IMG/VR virus record: IMGVR_UViG_3300032050_009888
Location: 12,428-76,427 of that record
Source of the DNA: a virus
Direction: 5' to 3' (one strand)
Length of the DNA: 64,000 nucleotides
Position numbers and translations under genes: made by a program. The stretch's first letter is position 1; each line of letters opens with the position of its first letter. Under the pieces are notes generated by a model that made no database searches, was not told the DNA's origin, and was given only the letters and a program-made list of their open reading frames with translations. This document shows, piece after piece, positions 21,301 to 30,341 of the stretch.

Positions 21301-23110
21301 AGGTAATTTAACAGGAACCGCATCTACCGCTTCTTTTGTAACATCATCTAATGTGTACGGACCACATGGTGGAAACTCAGTATTATCATCATCATTTGCA
21401 GTATCTGCTTCTTGGGCTCCAGGTGGTAGCGGAGCAATAATTAATAACAATACTGACAATTATGTAGTCACAGCTACAGGTACTGCTAATACATTAAATG
21501 GTGAAGTTAATTTACAATTTAATGGCTCAACATTAACTATAGTTGGTAATGTGACTGCGTCTTCATTTACTGGTTCTTTACAGGGAACTGCATCTTATGT
21601 AACCGGTTCAGTATTTGGATCAGGAAATCCTGCATTATCAGCATCATATGCTTTATCAGCCTCATATGTAACAGGATCAATATTTACATCAACAAATCCA
21701 GCATTATCAGCATCATATGCTTTATCAGCTTCATACGCTCCTGGTAGTGGTGTAACTATTAACAATAATACTAACAATAACTTATTAACTGCTACTGGCA
21801 ACGCTAATGAAGTAAATGGTGAAGCCAATTTAACATTTGATGGCACTCTATTATCTTTAACTGGTAGGGCTAACATATCAACATCTGTAACTGCGTCTTC
21901 ATTTACTGGATCATTTGTTGGAAATGGCTCAGGATTAACAGGAGTATCAGCAACCGCAGCTCCTGCTGGTCCACCTAACGCTATACAATTTAATGATGCG
22001 GGAACAGTATCCGGATCAGGTAATTTTACATTTAACAAAACAACAAATAGTGTAGATATAACAGGAAGTTTATCTGGTTCTTTCTTAACAAGAGGTTTAA
22101 GATTTGGAGAAGTAACAGATACACCTGGTACCACACAAAATGATTACTCGCCAACTGGATGGAATGATGGTGATCCTAATATGGCTACTACTATTAATAT
22201 TAGTGGTAGCACAGACATAAAAATAACTGGTCTAGCTGGAGGAACAGCAGGAAGAGTAGCTGTATTAAAAAATACATCTGTTTCCTTTTTAGTTCTTCTA
22301 GAAGACGACTCAGCATCTTCTACAGCAGCAAATAGATTTGACTTTAGAAATCCAATTTTCTTGTTACCTAATGCTAGTATAACTTTAGTCTATGATAATC
22401 ATAGTCAAAGATGGGAACCTATAGCGGCATCAGGTGGTATAGGTTATGGAGCTTTCTTTAATCAACAAGAAGAATTTTTAGGTTCAATTGGTCAGTGGGG
22501 ATCAGCAGTCAATGGAACCGGTGCTTCTGTTCAGATTAGTACCTACTTACAAAATACTACTGAAAAACCATTAGGTATGTGGCAAGCTGATACTGGTACA
22601 ACAAATGCTGGTAGAGCACATATTGGATCACCTCAAGCAACATCAGTATTTCCTACTTTAGGTCAAGGAATTTGTTTAGCTCGTTTAGCAGTTGAGGCAT
22701 TATCCAGCGTCACTGACAGGTACCAAATTTTCTTTGGATGGCATGATGCTGTAGGTGCTACAAACGTAACTGATGGTGTATATTGGTTATATGATGATGC
22801 TGCCTCAATCGCTTGGCAAGGGGCAACAGCTAATAACTCTGTTAGAACAACAACCGGAGCAGCTGGGCCAACAGTAGATGTTAACTATATTTGGTTAGGA
22901 ATTTATGTTAATAGTAGTTGGACTAGAGCTACATATTTTTATTCAAATGATAGTATAACATGGACTATTGCTGGTTCACAAACTACCAACTTACCTACAT
23001 TAGCTAGAAACACAGGATTTGGAGTAACAATTAATAAAACAATTGGAACTACTGTAAGAAACGTTTCTATAGATTTTCTAGCTAATAGATATGATATTAC
23101 TAGAGGATAA
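18362..23110 (+). CDS. Large tailspike/fibre with pectin-lyase-like beta-helix regions
   Basis: Two beta-helix entry motifs (FNSIKAAV...VAPGVY and FTSISASV...VGPGQF), fibre repeats and a beta-rich C-terminal domain. Confidence 0.7.
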   Translation: MAIFYANSGSFDVLNVTGSLYVSGTFTATQGLYIDNLITVGLPSSSTQFNSIKAAVDSIIDATAFNTYTVEVAPGVYIEDTITVPSYVAVRGDSSISTIVSASNPNNGVFILSDQSMIIDMQIQGSTGTGATAVLYSSATTPQLNAISYVENVRFGSNYTNAKVLGVPGGNCIMQCSNVKYGGATENNKSFDIGFQVTGSGGGIGRMQLRNVTSTNGGITGSADQIFALADAPGCTFIVNGCLLTKAVGSTLGTGFKVYNGGQLRLTGVNFQRWAKGIWAPQTGSAPSIDAIALNFENCTLDVAIEHSGSTGKIQGTDTFLKTQINLSASLYEVGQDPRIITVGTKGADFTSISASVAYITDSAANNRYVIQVGPGQFIEKEINLVGKPYVSIVGSSIQTTQIFPSSSNQHLIKMGVNNEVSFLSLTNAPTGYSALYVDDVGDFAQAHKLSFYDCDTCITVISRTQDTKFYGEYIDFNGIYRTGSFVSSSNGFQSLASLENYYQFPVSAPGLIGNYGTGNVAEIDIYTAGLIGEGDTNSVAIRLENGADLQGTAMDIPAWGYAVYIPAASSASFNIVGTMIHDSVNLDFNILHPSASCRFQGTADHTKITNASPNFYWTFLDETDGELDITRNLAVTFADGTHTDASTLIFRGSPMGVMQGGVITTSSANPNALEIDITGGFGYLETATQGVYKRVDFNEFPGFTDLTDDSENYISVDKDGNIKSNSTEPDNITEIILGRIYAAGGRVQFVDQSPRNASHTTNLLSTFNRTALGPVFTQGSTVTANGGNKLDVSSDGIYFFGENQFNPTGGTTITFDRYYRDTGQSDSWARQATDTVPINQWDSGSNALVALSASYYTKHTLYLIGDGAEEKYFLVTGQQQFSSLVSAESSDLATPPNFFVDGVVPLAAVYVQSGSGITQIEDIRPIIGFRAGGVNAASFHGNLLGLANDDHLQYLLVNGTRAMSGPLTASIVSASSGFIGNLTGTASTASFVTSSNVYGPHGGNSVLSSSFAVSASWAPGGSGAIINNNTDNYVVTATGTANTLNGEVNLQFNGSTLTIVGNVTASSFTGSLQGTASYVTGSVFGSGNPALSASYALSASYVTGSIFTSTNPALSASYALSASYAPGSGVTINNNTNNNLLTATGNANEVNGEANLTFDGTLLSLTGRANISTSVTASSFTGSFVGNGSGLTGVSATAAPAGPPNAIQFNDAGTVSGSGNFTFNKTTNSVDITGSLSGSFLTRGLRFGEVTDTPGTTQNDYSPTGWNDGDPNMATTINISGSTDIKITGLAGGTAGRVAVLKNTSVSFLVLLEDDSASSTAANRFDFRNPIFLLPNASITLVYDNHSQRWEPIAASGGIGYGAFFNQQEEFLGSIGQWGSAVNGTGASVQISTYLQNTTEKPLGMWQADTGTTNAGRAHIGSPQATSVFPTLGQGICLARLAVEALSSVTDRYQIFFGWHDAVGATNVTDGVYWLYDDAASIAWQGATANNSVRTTTGAAGPTVDVNYIWLGIYVNSSWTRATYFYSNDSITWTIAGSQTTNLPTLARNTGFGVTINKTIGTTVRNVSIDFLANRYDITRG
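21591..21730 (+). repeat. Intragenic tandem duplication, 69-nt period
   Basis: GCATTATCAGCATCATATGCTTTATCAGC at 21632 and 21701. Confidence 0.85.
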
Positions 23111-23152
23111 TATTTAATATTTTTTATTCGTATTTATAGTAAACATCATACT

Positions 23153-23998
23153 ATGAAACACATATTATGGCTTATTTTGTTAATAGGCTTTGAAGTAAAA
23201 GCACAATTGCCTGGTCCAGTAATTGGCACAGCTGTAGCTATACCAGCAGGATCTTTTAATTGTACCCAATCAACATTCCCAGCACCAGTTGGTGTTTCCA
23301 ATGAAGGTGATCCTGTCACAATGTGTTTTAATTATTATAATGTAGGTCCAATAAATTTAAGTTATTTATTAGTAAATGGACTATGTGGACCATTTCCACT
23401 TTATAATTCCTTAAGTTTTCAAATATTTGATTCAACAGGTACACAGTTTATAACATCTGGTACAATTGTTCCTATAGCAAATAATATTACTATTACAAGT
23501 CTAACACCTAGTACCTATTATACTATATGTTATACTTGGGTTCCTAATTGCCCACAGTTTTCAGGATGTCCTTTAATTTATACATCTGCTTTACCAATTG
23601 AATTACTTTATTTTAATGGAGAAATAAAGGATAATAATGTTATTTTAAAATGGGCCACAGCTACTGAAACTAATGTTGATAAATTTATAATTGAAAAAAC
23701 TTATGATGCTATTACTTTTACAACTGTAACTGAAATTAAAGTTGAAGGTAATTCTACAAATACAAACTTTTATGAGACTATAGACTATAATGAAACTAAT
23801 GAATTAGTTTACTATAAACTTGTAGAAGTAACAATTGAAGGACAAAGAATAGATCAAAGTATAATAGTTGTAAATAGAAAAAATCAAAACATCCCAACTC
23901 AAATTTTTGATATAACAGGAAAAGAATTAAATGATTATAAATCTGGTTTTAATATAGTAAGACAAGGAGAAAAATATTACAAAATTATAAAGCTATGA
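23153..23998 (+). CDS. Secreted protein with an LPIEL-type Ig domain and a T9SS-like C-terminal sorting domain
   Basis: Signal peptide ending VKA|Q; SALPIELLYFNG...LKWATATETN...YYKL; terminal IFDITGK...GFNIV...KIIKL. Confidence 0.7.
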   Translation: MKHILWLILLIGFEVKAQLPGPVIGTAVAIPAGSFNCTQSTFPAPVGVSNEGDPVTMCFNYYNVGPINLSYLLVNGLCGPFPLYNSLSFQIFDSTGTQFITSGTIVPIANNITITSLTPSTYYTICYTWVPNCPQFSGCPLIYTSALPIELLYFNGEIKDNNVILKWATATETNVDKFIIEKTYDAITFTTVTEIKVEGNSTNTNFYETIDYNETNELVYYKLVEVTIEGQRIDQSIIVVNRKNQNIPTQIFDITGKELNDYKSGFNIVRQGEKYYKIIKL

Positions 23999-24696
23999 AA
24001 TCTATAATTATAAGAGTTATACTCTTATTTTTAATAGTTATATTTCCAATAGTTTTAAAAGCACAATTATACGGACCATCACTTAAATTTGGTACAGGAT
24101 ACACACTTTTACCAAGAGGTGAAAATAACTACCCGGATTACACTTTTTTAGGACCAGGTAACTTGTATGGTGGAGTTAGTAAGTATAGAACACTAGCATT
24201 AGAGTACACATACTATCATGATTATGACTCATATTATAGTGGTTTTCATTATGGATTTACTACTGGTATTTGGTTAGAAAATTCTAAAAACGGTGTTTTA
24301 AATATTAATACATTTGAAAAAAAGTATGAAGAAATAATCTCTATTGGAATACCTTTATTACTTGCTAATAAACGTTTTGCCTGGCAAAATCACGCTAGAT
24401 TTGGTATAATACCTTTTATGGACGTTAAGCAAAAAGCAAGTGAAGATTTTCCTTGGAATGCCCGACCATACCATTTAGACTTATATTTTAGTTTTGGGTT
24501 TGATAATATAATAAAAAGAACTAGAACAGATGGATGGTCTTGGAGTATTGAAGTAGATAGTCGATATAACATATTAAACCACTCATATAAAGGTGATTTA
24601 GATAACCAAGTTAAATTATGGAAGATGGGAGTCAAGGTAGGAATATATTATCAGTTTGATTGGTATCATTATCGTGGTTGGGATAATAATTACTAA
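23995..24696 (+). CDS. Putative outer-membrane beta-barrel protein
   Basis: Signal peptide ending LKA|Q; alternating aromatic beta-strands; late strand MGVKVGIYYQF. Confidence 0.55.
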   Translation: MKSIIIRVILLFLIVIFPIVLKAQLYGPSLKFGTGYTLLPRGENNYPDYTFLGPGNLYGGVSKYRTLALEYTYYHDYDSYYSGFHYGFTTGIWLENSKNGVLNINTFEKKYEEIISIGIPLLLANKRFAWQNHARFGIIPFMDVKQKASEDFPWNARPYHLDLYFSFGFDNIIKRTRTDGWSWSIEVDSRYNILNHSYKGDLDNQVKLWKMGVKVGIYYQFDWYHYRGWDNNY

Positions 24697-24727
24697 TTTT
24701 ATCATATTTATAATAAACTAATATACC

Positions 24728-25873
24728 ATGAACATTCCTATATATCCTGGTTCTTCTTCATTTTACCCTGGAATGACTCCATTTGGGTTTTATGACTATG
24801 ATTATCAATTTCAAATAGATGCTGATAAAGTAGTTACATTTTGTGCTAGAAGATTAGGATATCCTATTATGGAGGTTGAACTCCAAGATATAAATTTCTA
24901 TGCTGCTTTTGAAGAAGCAATTACAACTTATGGAAATGAATTATATGCTTTTCAAGTAAGAGATAATTTATTAAGCGTAATAGGAGCTCCTACAGCTTCA
25001 AATATGAATCATGCTATTGTAACTCCATCTTTTACTGGAATCATTAGATTAACTGAACAATATGGAGAAGAAGCAGGTGTAGGAGGAAATGTAAATTGGT
25101 ATAGTGGTTCATTTACTACCACAGCTGGAGTTCAAGATTATGATTTTAATTTGTGGGCTATAGAGAATAATGTAACTGGTGGGATGGAAATTAAAAGAGT
25201 ATTTTGGGAACCACCACCTGCTGTCAACCAAGTTTACAACTTAAGTATATTCTCAGGCCTAGGAGGTGTACCCGCGGTTGGTGCTTATGGTCTATTTGGA
25301 TCAACAGGATTCTTAATGTACCCTACAAGTTTATTACTTCAATCTGCTCAAGCAGTTGAAATGCAAAACCAAATTTCTCTAGCAGGATATTCATTTGAAT
25401 TAATAAATAACAAATTAAGAATATTTCCAATTCCTCCTCATGATGGAGGACATATTTGGTTTCAATATATTTCTTTAGAAGAAAGAGCAAATAGTATAAT
25501 TGATAATTCATCACAAGCCCAAGGGTCAGTGACAAATCCTTCAAATGTTAATTTTACTAATCCTGTTTACTCTCAAATAAACTCAATTGGTCGCCAGTGG
25601 ATATTTGAATATGTTTTAGCTATATGTAAAGAAATGTTAGGGTATGTTCGTGGAAAATATCAAGCTACAATTCCTATTCCTAACAGAGAAATATCTTTAA
25701 ATTCAAATGACTTAATCACAGCAGCCACAGCTGAAAAACAAGCATTACTTGAAAGATTAAGAGGATATTTAGATGAAACTTCTCGTCAAGCTTTATTAGC
25801 TAGAAAACAAGCAGAAGGTGATTCTACAATGAGTGAACTTGGAAAAGTACCAATGGTAATTTATATAGGATAA
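24728..25873 (+). CDS. Neck/head-tail adaptor (gp13-like)
   Basis: RRLGYPIMEVEL and YVLAICKEMLGYVRGKY; first gene of the neck-tail cluster. Confidence 0.75.
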   Translation: MNIPIYPGSSSFYPGMTPFGFYDYDYQFQIDADKVVTFCARRLGYPIMEVELQDINFYAAFEEAITTYGNELYAFQVRDNLLSVIGAPTASNMNHAIVTPSFTGIIRLTEQYGEEAGVGGNVNWYSGSFTTTAGVQDYDFNLWAIENNVTGGMEIKRVFWEPPPAVNQVYNLSIFSGLGGVPAVGAYGLFGSTGFLMYPTSLLLQSAQAVEMQNQISLAGYSFELINNKLRIFPIPPHDGGHIWFQYISLEERANSIIDNSSQAQGSVTNPSNVNFTNPVYSQINSIGRQWIFEYVLAICKEMLGYVRGKYQATIPIPNREISLNSNDLITAATAEKQALLERLRGYLDETSRQALLARKQAEGDSTMSELGKVPMVIYIG

Positions 25874-25874
25874 A

Positions 25875-26387
25875 ATGGCATTATTCGGCTCTAGTCGTGA
25901 CGTTTCATTTGTAAGAAGACTCAATAGAGAGTTGATGGGAAATATTATTTCTCAACAATGTGCTTTTTACAAATACAAATTAGTTGAAACTAAAATTAAC
26001 ATGTATGGAGAAGCATCTGGTGGAAAAATGTATGATGGTCCTACTTTATTAAATGCTTTAATAACAGTAGGTGATAATACAAGCCCAGTAAGTGATTTAG
26101 GAGTAGATTTTGATTGGCCTATGACTTTTGCCTTTTTAAGAGATGATTTAGTAGATTCTGGAGTTCATCCTGAAGTTGGAGATGTGATATTATATCAAGA
26201 AAGCTATTGGGAAGTCGACAATACTAACATTACTCAATTTTTTGCTGGTAAAGATCCTGATTATCCTTATAATCAAAATCCTTTAAACCCAGGATTAGAA
26301 AATTTTGGATATAATGTATCTGTAACTTGTACTTGTCATTATGTTCCTGCTGATAGAGTTAATATTATTAGAACTAGATTATTATGA
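25875..26387 (+). CDS. Head closure/neck protein (gp14-like)
   Basis: NMYGEA and PEVGDVI motifs; synteny. Confidence 0.65.
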   Translation: MALFGSSRDVSFVRRLNRELMGNIISQQCAFYKYKLVETKINMYGEASGGKMYDGPTLLNALITVGDNTSPVSDLGVDFDWPMTFAFLRDDLVDSGVHPEVGDVILYQESYWEVDNTNITQFFAGKDPDYPYNQNPLNPGLENFGYNVSVTCTCHYVPADRVNIIRTRLL

Positions 26388-27244
26388 GCGATCAAGGAAG
26401 AAAACCAATACCAAAAACTCAAAGAGAAATTCTTCTTTCTCAACAAGAGCCTTATAATCCCCCAGCAGGATCTCCAGGATTTTCTTCAACAGGAAATCCT
26501 AATTTAGCAGTTAACCCTAATAGAGCTGAACAGATTTCTTTTAGAGGAGATACTACAAAGCCTTTTTCTATTGGTATTCAAGATATAGATGAAGCAGTTT
26601 TTTATTATTTTACAAATGTAATTAAACCATATGTGATTCAAAATGGTACAAGAATAGAAGTTCCTGTGATATACGGTTCTCCTGAAAAGTGGGCTTCATT
26701 TCAAAAATTTGGATATTTTAGAGATTCTCAAGGTAGGGTAATGATGCCTATTATAATGTTTAAAAGAAACAACATTGAAAAAGTAAGAACAGTAGCAAAT
26801 AAATTAGACGCTAATAATCCTCATAACATTTCTGTTCAAAGAAAAAAATACTCATCTAGAGATTCATATAGTAACTTTAATATTTTAAATAATGTTACTC
26901 CTGAACCTATTAATTATGCTGTTGTAGTTCCTGATTATCTTACTTTAACTTATAGTTGTGCTGTTAATACTTACTATATGGATCAATTAAATAAAATTGT
27001 TGAAGCAATTGAATACGCATCAGATTCATATTGGGGTGATCCTCAGCGTTTTCAGTTTAGAGCGATGATTGATTCGTTTGCTATAAAAACCGAATTATCA
27101 GATAATGGTGAAAGAATTGTAAATAGTTCTTTTGATATAAAATTAAGAGGATATATTATTCCTGATGTGCCTCAAAAGGATTTAACTGCTTTGAAAAAAC
27201 TACCAACAAAGACTTCTATTAAAATAAATGAACAACTTGAATAA
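26384..27244 (+). CDS. Tail terminator/sheath stabiliser (gp15-like)
   Basis: VPVIYGSPEKW and QLNKIVE motifs; synteny. Confidence 0.65.
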   Translation: MSDQGRKPIPKTQREILLSQQEPYNPPAGSPGFSSTGNPNLAVNPNRAEQISFRGDTTKPFSIGIQDIDEAVFYYFTNVIKPYVIQNGTRIEVPVIYGSPEKWASFQKFGYFRDSQGRVMMPIIMFKRNNIEKVRTVANKLDANNPHNISVQRKKYSSRDSYSNFNILNNVTPEPINYAVVVPDYLTLTYSCAVNTYYMDQLNKIVEAIEYASDSYWGDPQRFQFRAMIDSFAIKTELSDNGERIVNSSFDIKLRGYIIPDVPQKDLTALKKLPTKTSIKINEQLE

Positions 27245-27270
27245 TATATTTATAATAAAAAATTAAATTT

Positions 27271-27519
27271 ATGGAAACAAAAGTTTTAACACAAGAAGAA
27301 GTTCAAAATTTAAAAGATGTAAGAGAAAGAAGAATCCAAATCACAGAAAATTTTGGAGTTTTAGAGTCAAGAATACAAGAATTTCAATTACAAAAAGAAA
27401 TTCTTAAACAAGAATTAAAAAATCTAATTGAACAAGAAACTCAATTAGGTGGAGCTTTACAACAAAAATATGGTAATGGATCTATTGATCTAGAAAAAGG
27501 AGAATTCATTTCTAATTAA
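27271..27519 (+). CDS. Small coiled-coil protein
   Basis: Heptads ending KYGNGSIDLEKGEF; has its own late motif. Confidence 0.6.
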   Translation: METKVLTQEEVQNLKDVRERRIQITENFGVLESRIQEFQLQKEILKQELKNLIEQETQLGGALQQKYGNGSIDLEKGEFISN

Positions 27520-27578
27520 TATTTTTGATAGGTTTCACCATATTTATAACAAAAATCAATTAAAATAACTAAATAAAC

Positions 27579-29705
27579 ATGGCAGAAACTTTAATATCAC
27601 CTGGTGTTTTAGCAAGAGAAAATGATTCATCTTTTGTAAGCAAAAGACCTGTTACTGTAGGAGCAGCGATAATTGGACCAACAGTTAAAGGTCCTGTTGA
27701 AATTCCAACAGTAGTTACTACATATAGTGAATATGTTAATAAATTTGGTACTACTCTTCAAAGCGGAAGCGCCGCAAATTTAAAAACATATTCTTATTTT
27801 ACCTCAATAGCAGCGTATAATTATTTCCAAAATGGTGGAACGTCATTATTAGTAGCAAGAGTAGTATCAGGCTCATACACTCCAGCGACTAGCTCAGCTG
27901 TTAATAATAATGTAGCAGCCGCTTCAGGTACCCCAGCAACTGCTACTGTTATTTTTAACGCTAGTGATACTGGATCTTATCAAGGAATGGCTATAACAAT
28001 AGGAAGTAATTCTTGGTATTTATCTGGATACCCAGCTAACTATTCTACATACTATAATAATACATTAGATTATGCTTATTTTAATACTAGCTCAGGAGCA
28101 ACTTGGGTAGATAGTTTAGTTATAGCTATTAATAACTGGGCTGGCGGAAATGAATTATCTCAATATGTTGTTGCTAGTTCACCAGGCGCTGGACAATTAA
28201 CTTTAACAGGCAATGCTGGAGATACAAGTATAAATGGAGCTAGTATATATTTTACAGATTATGTAGGTGAACAACTAACAAACCCAGGTAATTTTGTAAT
28301 AACAGCTAGTGGCGCAACTGCTAATACTCCTTCTGAAGCATTTGTTTTAGAGACATTCTCTGAAGGTGTTATTATGAATAATACTGGAGCAACAACCACA
28401 AATAATGTATTAGTAAGTGGATCAGTAGATAATGTTAGATGGCAGATTCTTAACTCAAATACCTCATCCGGTACCTTTGATTTATTAATTAGAAGAGGTG
28501 ATGATAATATTCTTCAACCTGTAGTATTAGAAACATGGACTAATTTAAGTTTAGATCCTAATACTTCTAATTATGTTTCTAGAGTATTAGGTGATATGGT
28601 TGAAGCTTATGACTCAGTTAATAATCAAGTAACATTTACTGGTACTTTCCCTAATAGATCCAATTATGTAAGAGTTAAACAAGTTAATTATACTACACCT
28701 AATTATCTTAACTCTAACGGTACATTATCAAATGCCTCTTATACATCATCAATTCCTATTAACGCTAGCGGAACATTTGGAGCAGCTTTAGGCACAGTAG
28801 CTGGTGGTGCTAATTTTTATAATGCTATTAATAGTACTAATACTCAAGGAGTACAAGGATCTGATTATAGTAACATGATCAATTTGTTAGCTAATCAAGA
28901 TGATTATAGATTTAACATATTATTAACTCCTGGTTTATATGATGGTGATTATACTCAACAAGTATCTAGCATCATAAACAATACTCAAGATCGTGGTGAT
29001 AATATTTATGTTCTTGATCTTGTAAAGTATGGCCAACAAATCACACAAGTTGTCCCAGCGGCTGCTAATCGTAATACATCATATGCTGCTTCATATTGGC
29101 CTTGGGTACAAATTATTGAACCTTCAACAGGTGAATTAGTTTGGGTTCCTGCTTCAACAGTAATAGCTGGAGTATATGCTTATAACGACTCAGTAGCAGA
29201 ACCTTGGTTCGCACCAGCTGGTATTAACAGAGGTGGTTTATCTACAGTAGTAAGAGCTGAAAAGAAATTATCTCAAGCCAACCGCGATTCATTATACACT
29301 GGAAAAGTAAATCCAATAGCAACATTCCCTGGAACTGGAGTTGTAGTATATGGTCAGAAAACATTACAAACTAGAGCTTCAGCTCTTGATCGTGTAAATG
29401 TTCGTCGCTTGTTGATTGCTCTTAAATCATATATTTCTCAAATCGCTAATAACTTAGTGTTTGAACAAAACACAGCTGCTACAAGAAATCAATTCTTAGC
29501 TCAAGTTAATCCATATTTAACTAGTGTTCAACAGCGTCAAGGTTTATACGCGTTTAAAGTAATTATGAATGAGACTAACAATACACCTGATGTAATTGAT
29601 AGAAATGAATTAATAGGTCAAATTTATCTTCAACCTACTAAGACTGCTGAATTCATTTACTTAGACTTCAACATTACTCCAACTGGTGCTTCTTTCCCAG
29701 CGTAA
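27579..29705 (+). CDS. gp18: Contractile tail sheath (gp18-like)
   Basis: SPGVLARE, YWPW, PWFAPAGINRG, GQKTLQ, DRVNVRRL, NNTPDVIDRN. Confidence 0.95.
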   Translation: MAETLISPGVLARENDSSFVSKRPVTVGAAIIGPTVKGPVEIPTVVTTYSEYVNKFGTTLQSGSAANLKTYSYFTSIAAYNYFQNGGTSLLVARVVSGSYTPATSSAVNNNVAAASGTPATATVIFNASDTGSYQGMAITIGSNSWYLSGYPANYSTYYNNTLDYAYFNTSSGATWVDSLVIAINNWAGGNELSQYVVASSPGAGQLTLTGNAGDTSINGASIYFTDYVGEQLTNPGNFVITASGATANTPSEAFVLETFSEGVIMNNTGATTTNNVLVSGSVDNVRWQILNSNTSSGTFDLLIRRGDDNILQPVVLETWTNLSLDPNTSNYVSRVLGDMVEAYDSVNNQVTFTGTFPNRSNYVRVKQVNYTTPNYLNSNGTLSNASYTSSIPINASGTFGAALGTVAGGANFYNAINSTNTQGVQGSDYSNMINLLANQDDYRFNILLTPGLYDGDYTQQVSSIINNTQDRGDNIYVLDLVKYGQQITQVVPAAANRNTSYAASYWPWVQIIEPSTGELVWVPASTVIAGVYAYNDSVAEPWFAPAGINRGGLSTVVRAEKKLSQANRDSLYTGKVNPIATFPGTGVVVYGQKTLQTRASALDRVNVRRLLIALKSYISQIANNLVFEQNTAATRNQFLAQVNPYLTSVQQRQGLYAFKVIMNETNNTPDVIDRNELIGQIYLQPTKTAEFIYLDFNITPTGASFPA

Positions 29706-29751
29706 TTCTTTAAAACACAGATATTTATAACAAACAAAAATATAAACTACA

Positions 29752-30240
29752 ATGGCAGTATTAGATCCAAATGAAATATTTTTTACAGCGTTTGAACCAA
29801 AAGTAAAAAATCGCTTTATAATGTATGTTGATGGTATTCCTTCATATGTTATTAAGAAAATAGGAGCTGTGAGCGTGGAAATGGGCGAAATTAAATTAAA
29901 CCATATTAACGTTTACCGTAAAATTAAAGGCAGAGCTCAATGGGCTGATTTAGAAATGACTTTATTTGACCCTATTACTCCTTCTGGTGCTCAAGCGGTA
30001 ATGGAATGGGTACGTTTACATCATGAATCAGTTACAGGACGTGATGGTTACTCTGATTTCTATAAAAAAGATGTAACAATTAATATATTAGGTCCTGTAG
30101 GTGATATTGTATCTGAATGGATTATTAAAGGAGCATTTATTAAAACAGCTAATTTTGGTGATTATAGCTATGATGAAGATGCTGCAGCTCAAGAAATAAC
30201 TGTTACATTAGGAATGGATTATTGTATATTGAATTTCTAG
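29752..30240 (+). CDS. gp19: Tail tube protein (gp19-like)
   Basis: Follows the sheath; NRF, YKKDVTI...GPVGD...W...GAF. Confidence 0.88.
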   Translation: MAVLDPNEIFFTAFEPKVKNRFIMYVDGIPSYVIKKIGAVSVEMGEIKLNHINVYRKIKGRAQWADLEMTLFDPITPSGAQAVMEWVRLHHESVTGRDGYSDFYKKDVTINILGPVGDIVSEWIIKGAFIKTANFGDYSYDEDAAAQEITVTLGMDYCILNF

Positions 30241-30261
30241 TTAGTAAAAATAAAAGTGAAG

Positions 30262-30289
30262 AAGCTCACCGATTTTGGTGAGCTTTTTT
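30262..30289 (+). terminator. Intrinsic terminator after the tube gene
   Basis: AAGCTCACC/GGTGAGCTT stem followed by a T-run. Confidence 0.85.
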
Positions 30290-30341
30290 ATTTCGGACAT
30301 ATTTATATCCGAATATAATAAGTTACATTTAAATAAAAGCT

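Noticed and set aside
9619-23110. Diversity-generating retroelement acting on the fibres
   Set aside because: No reverse transcriptase and no TR/VR pair differing only at adenines was seen; the repeats differ mainly at synonymous positions.
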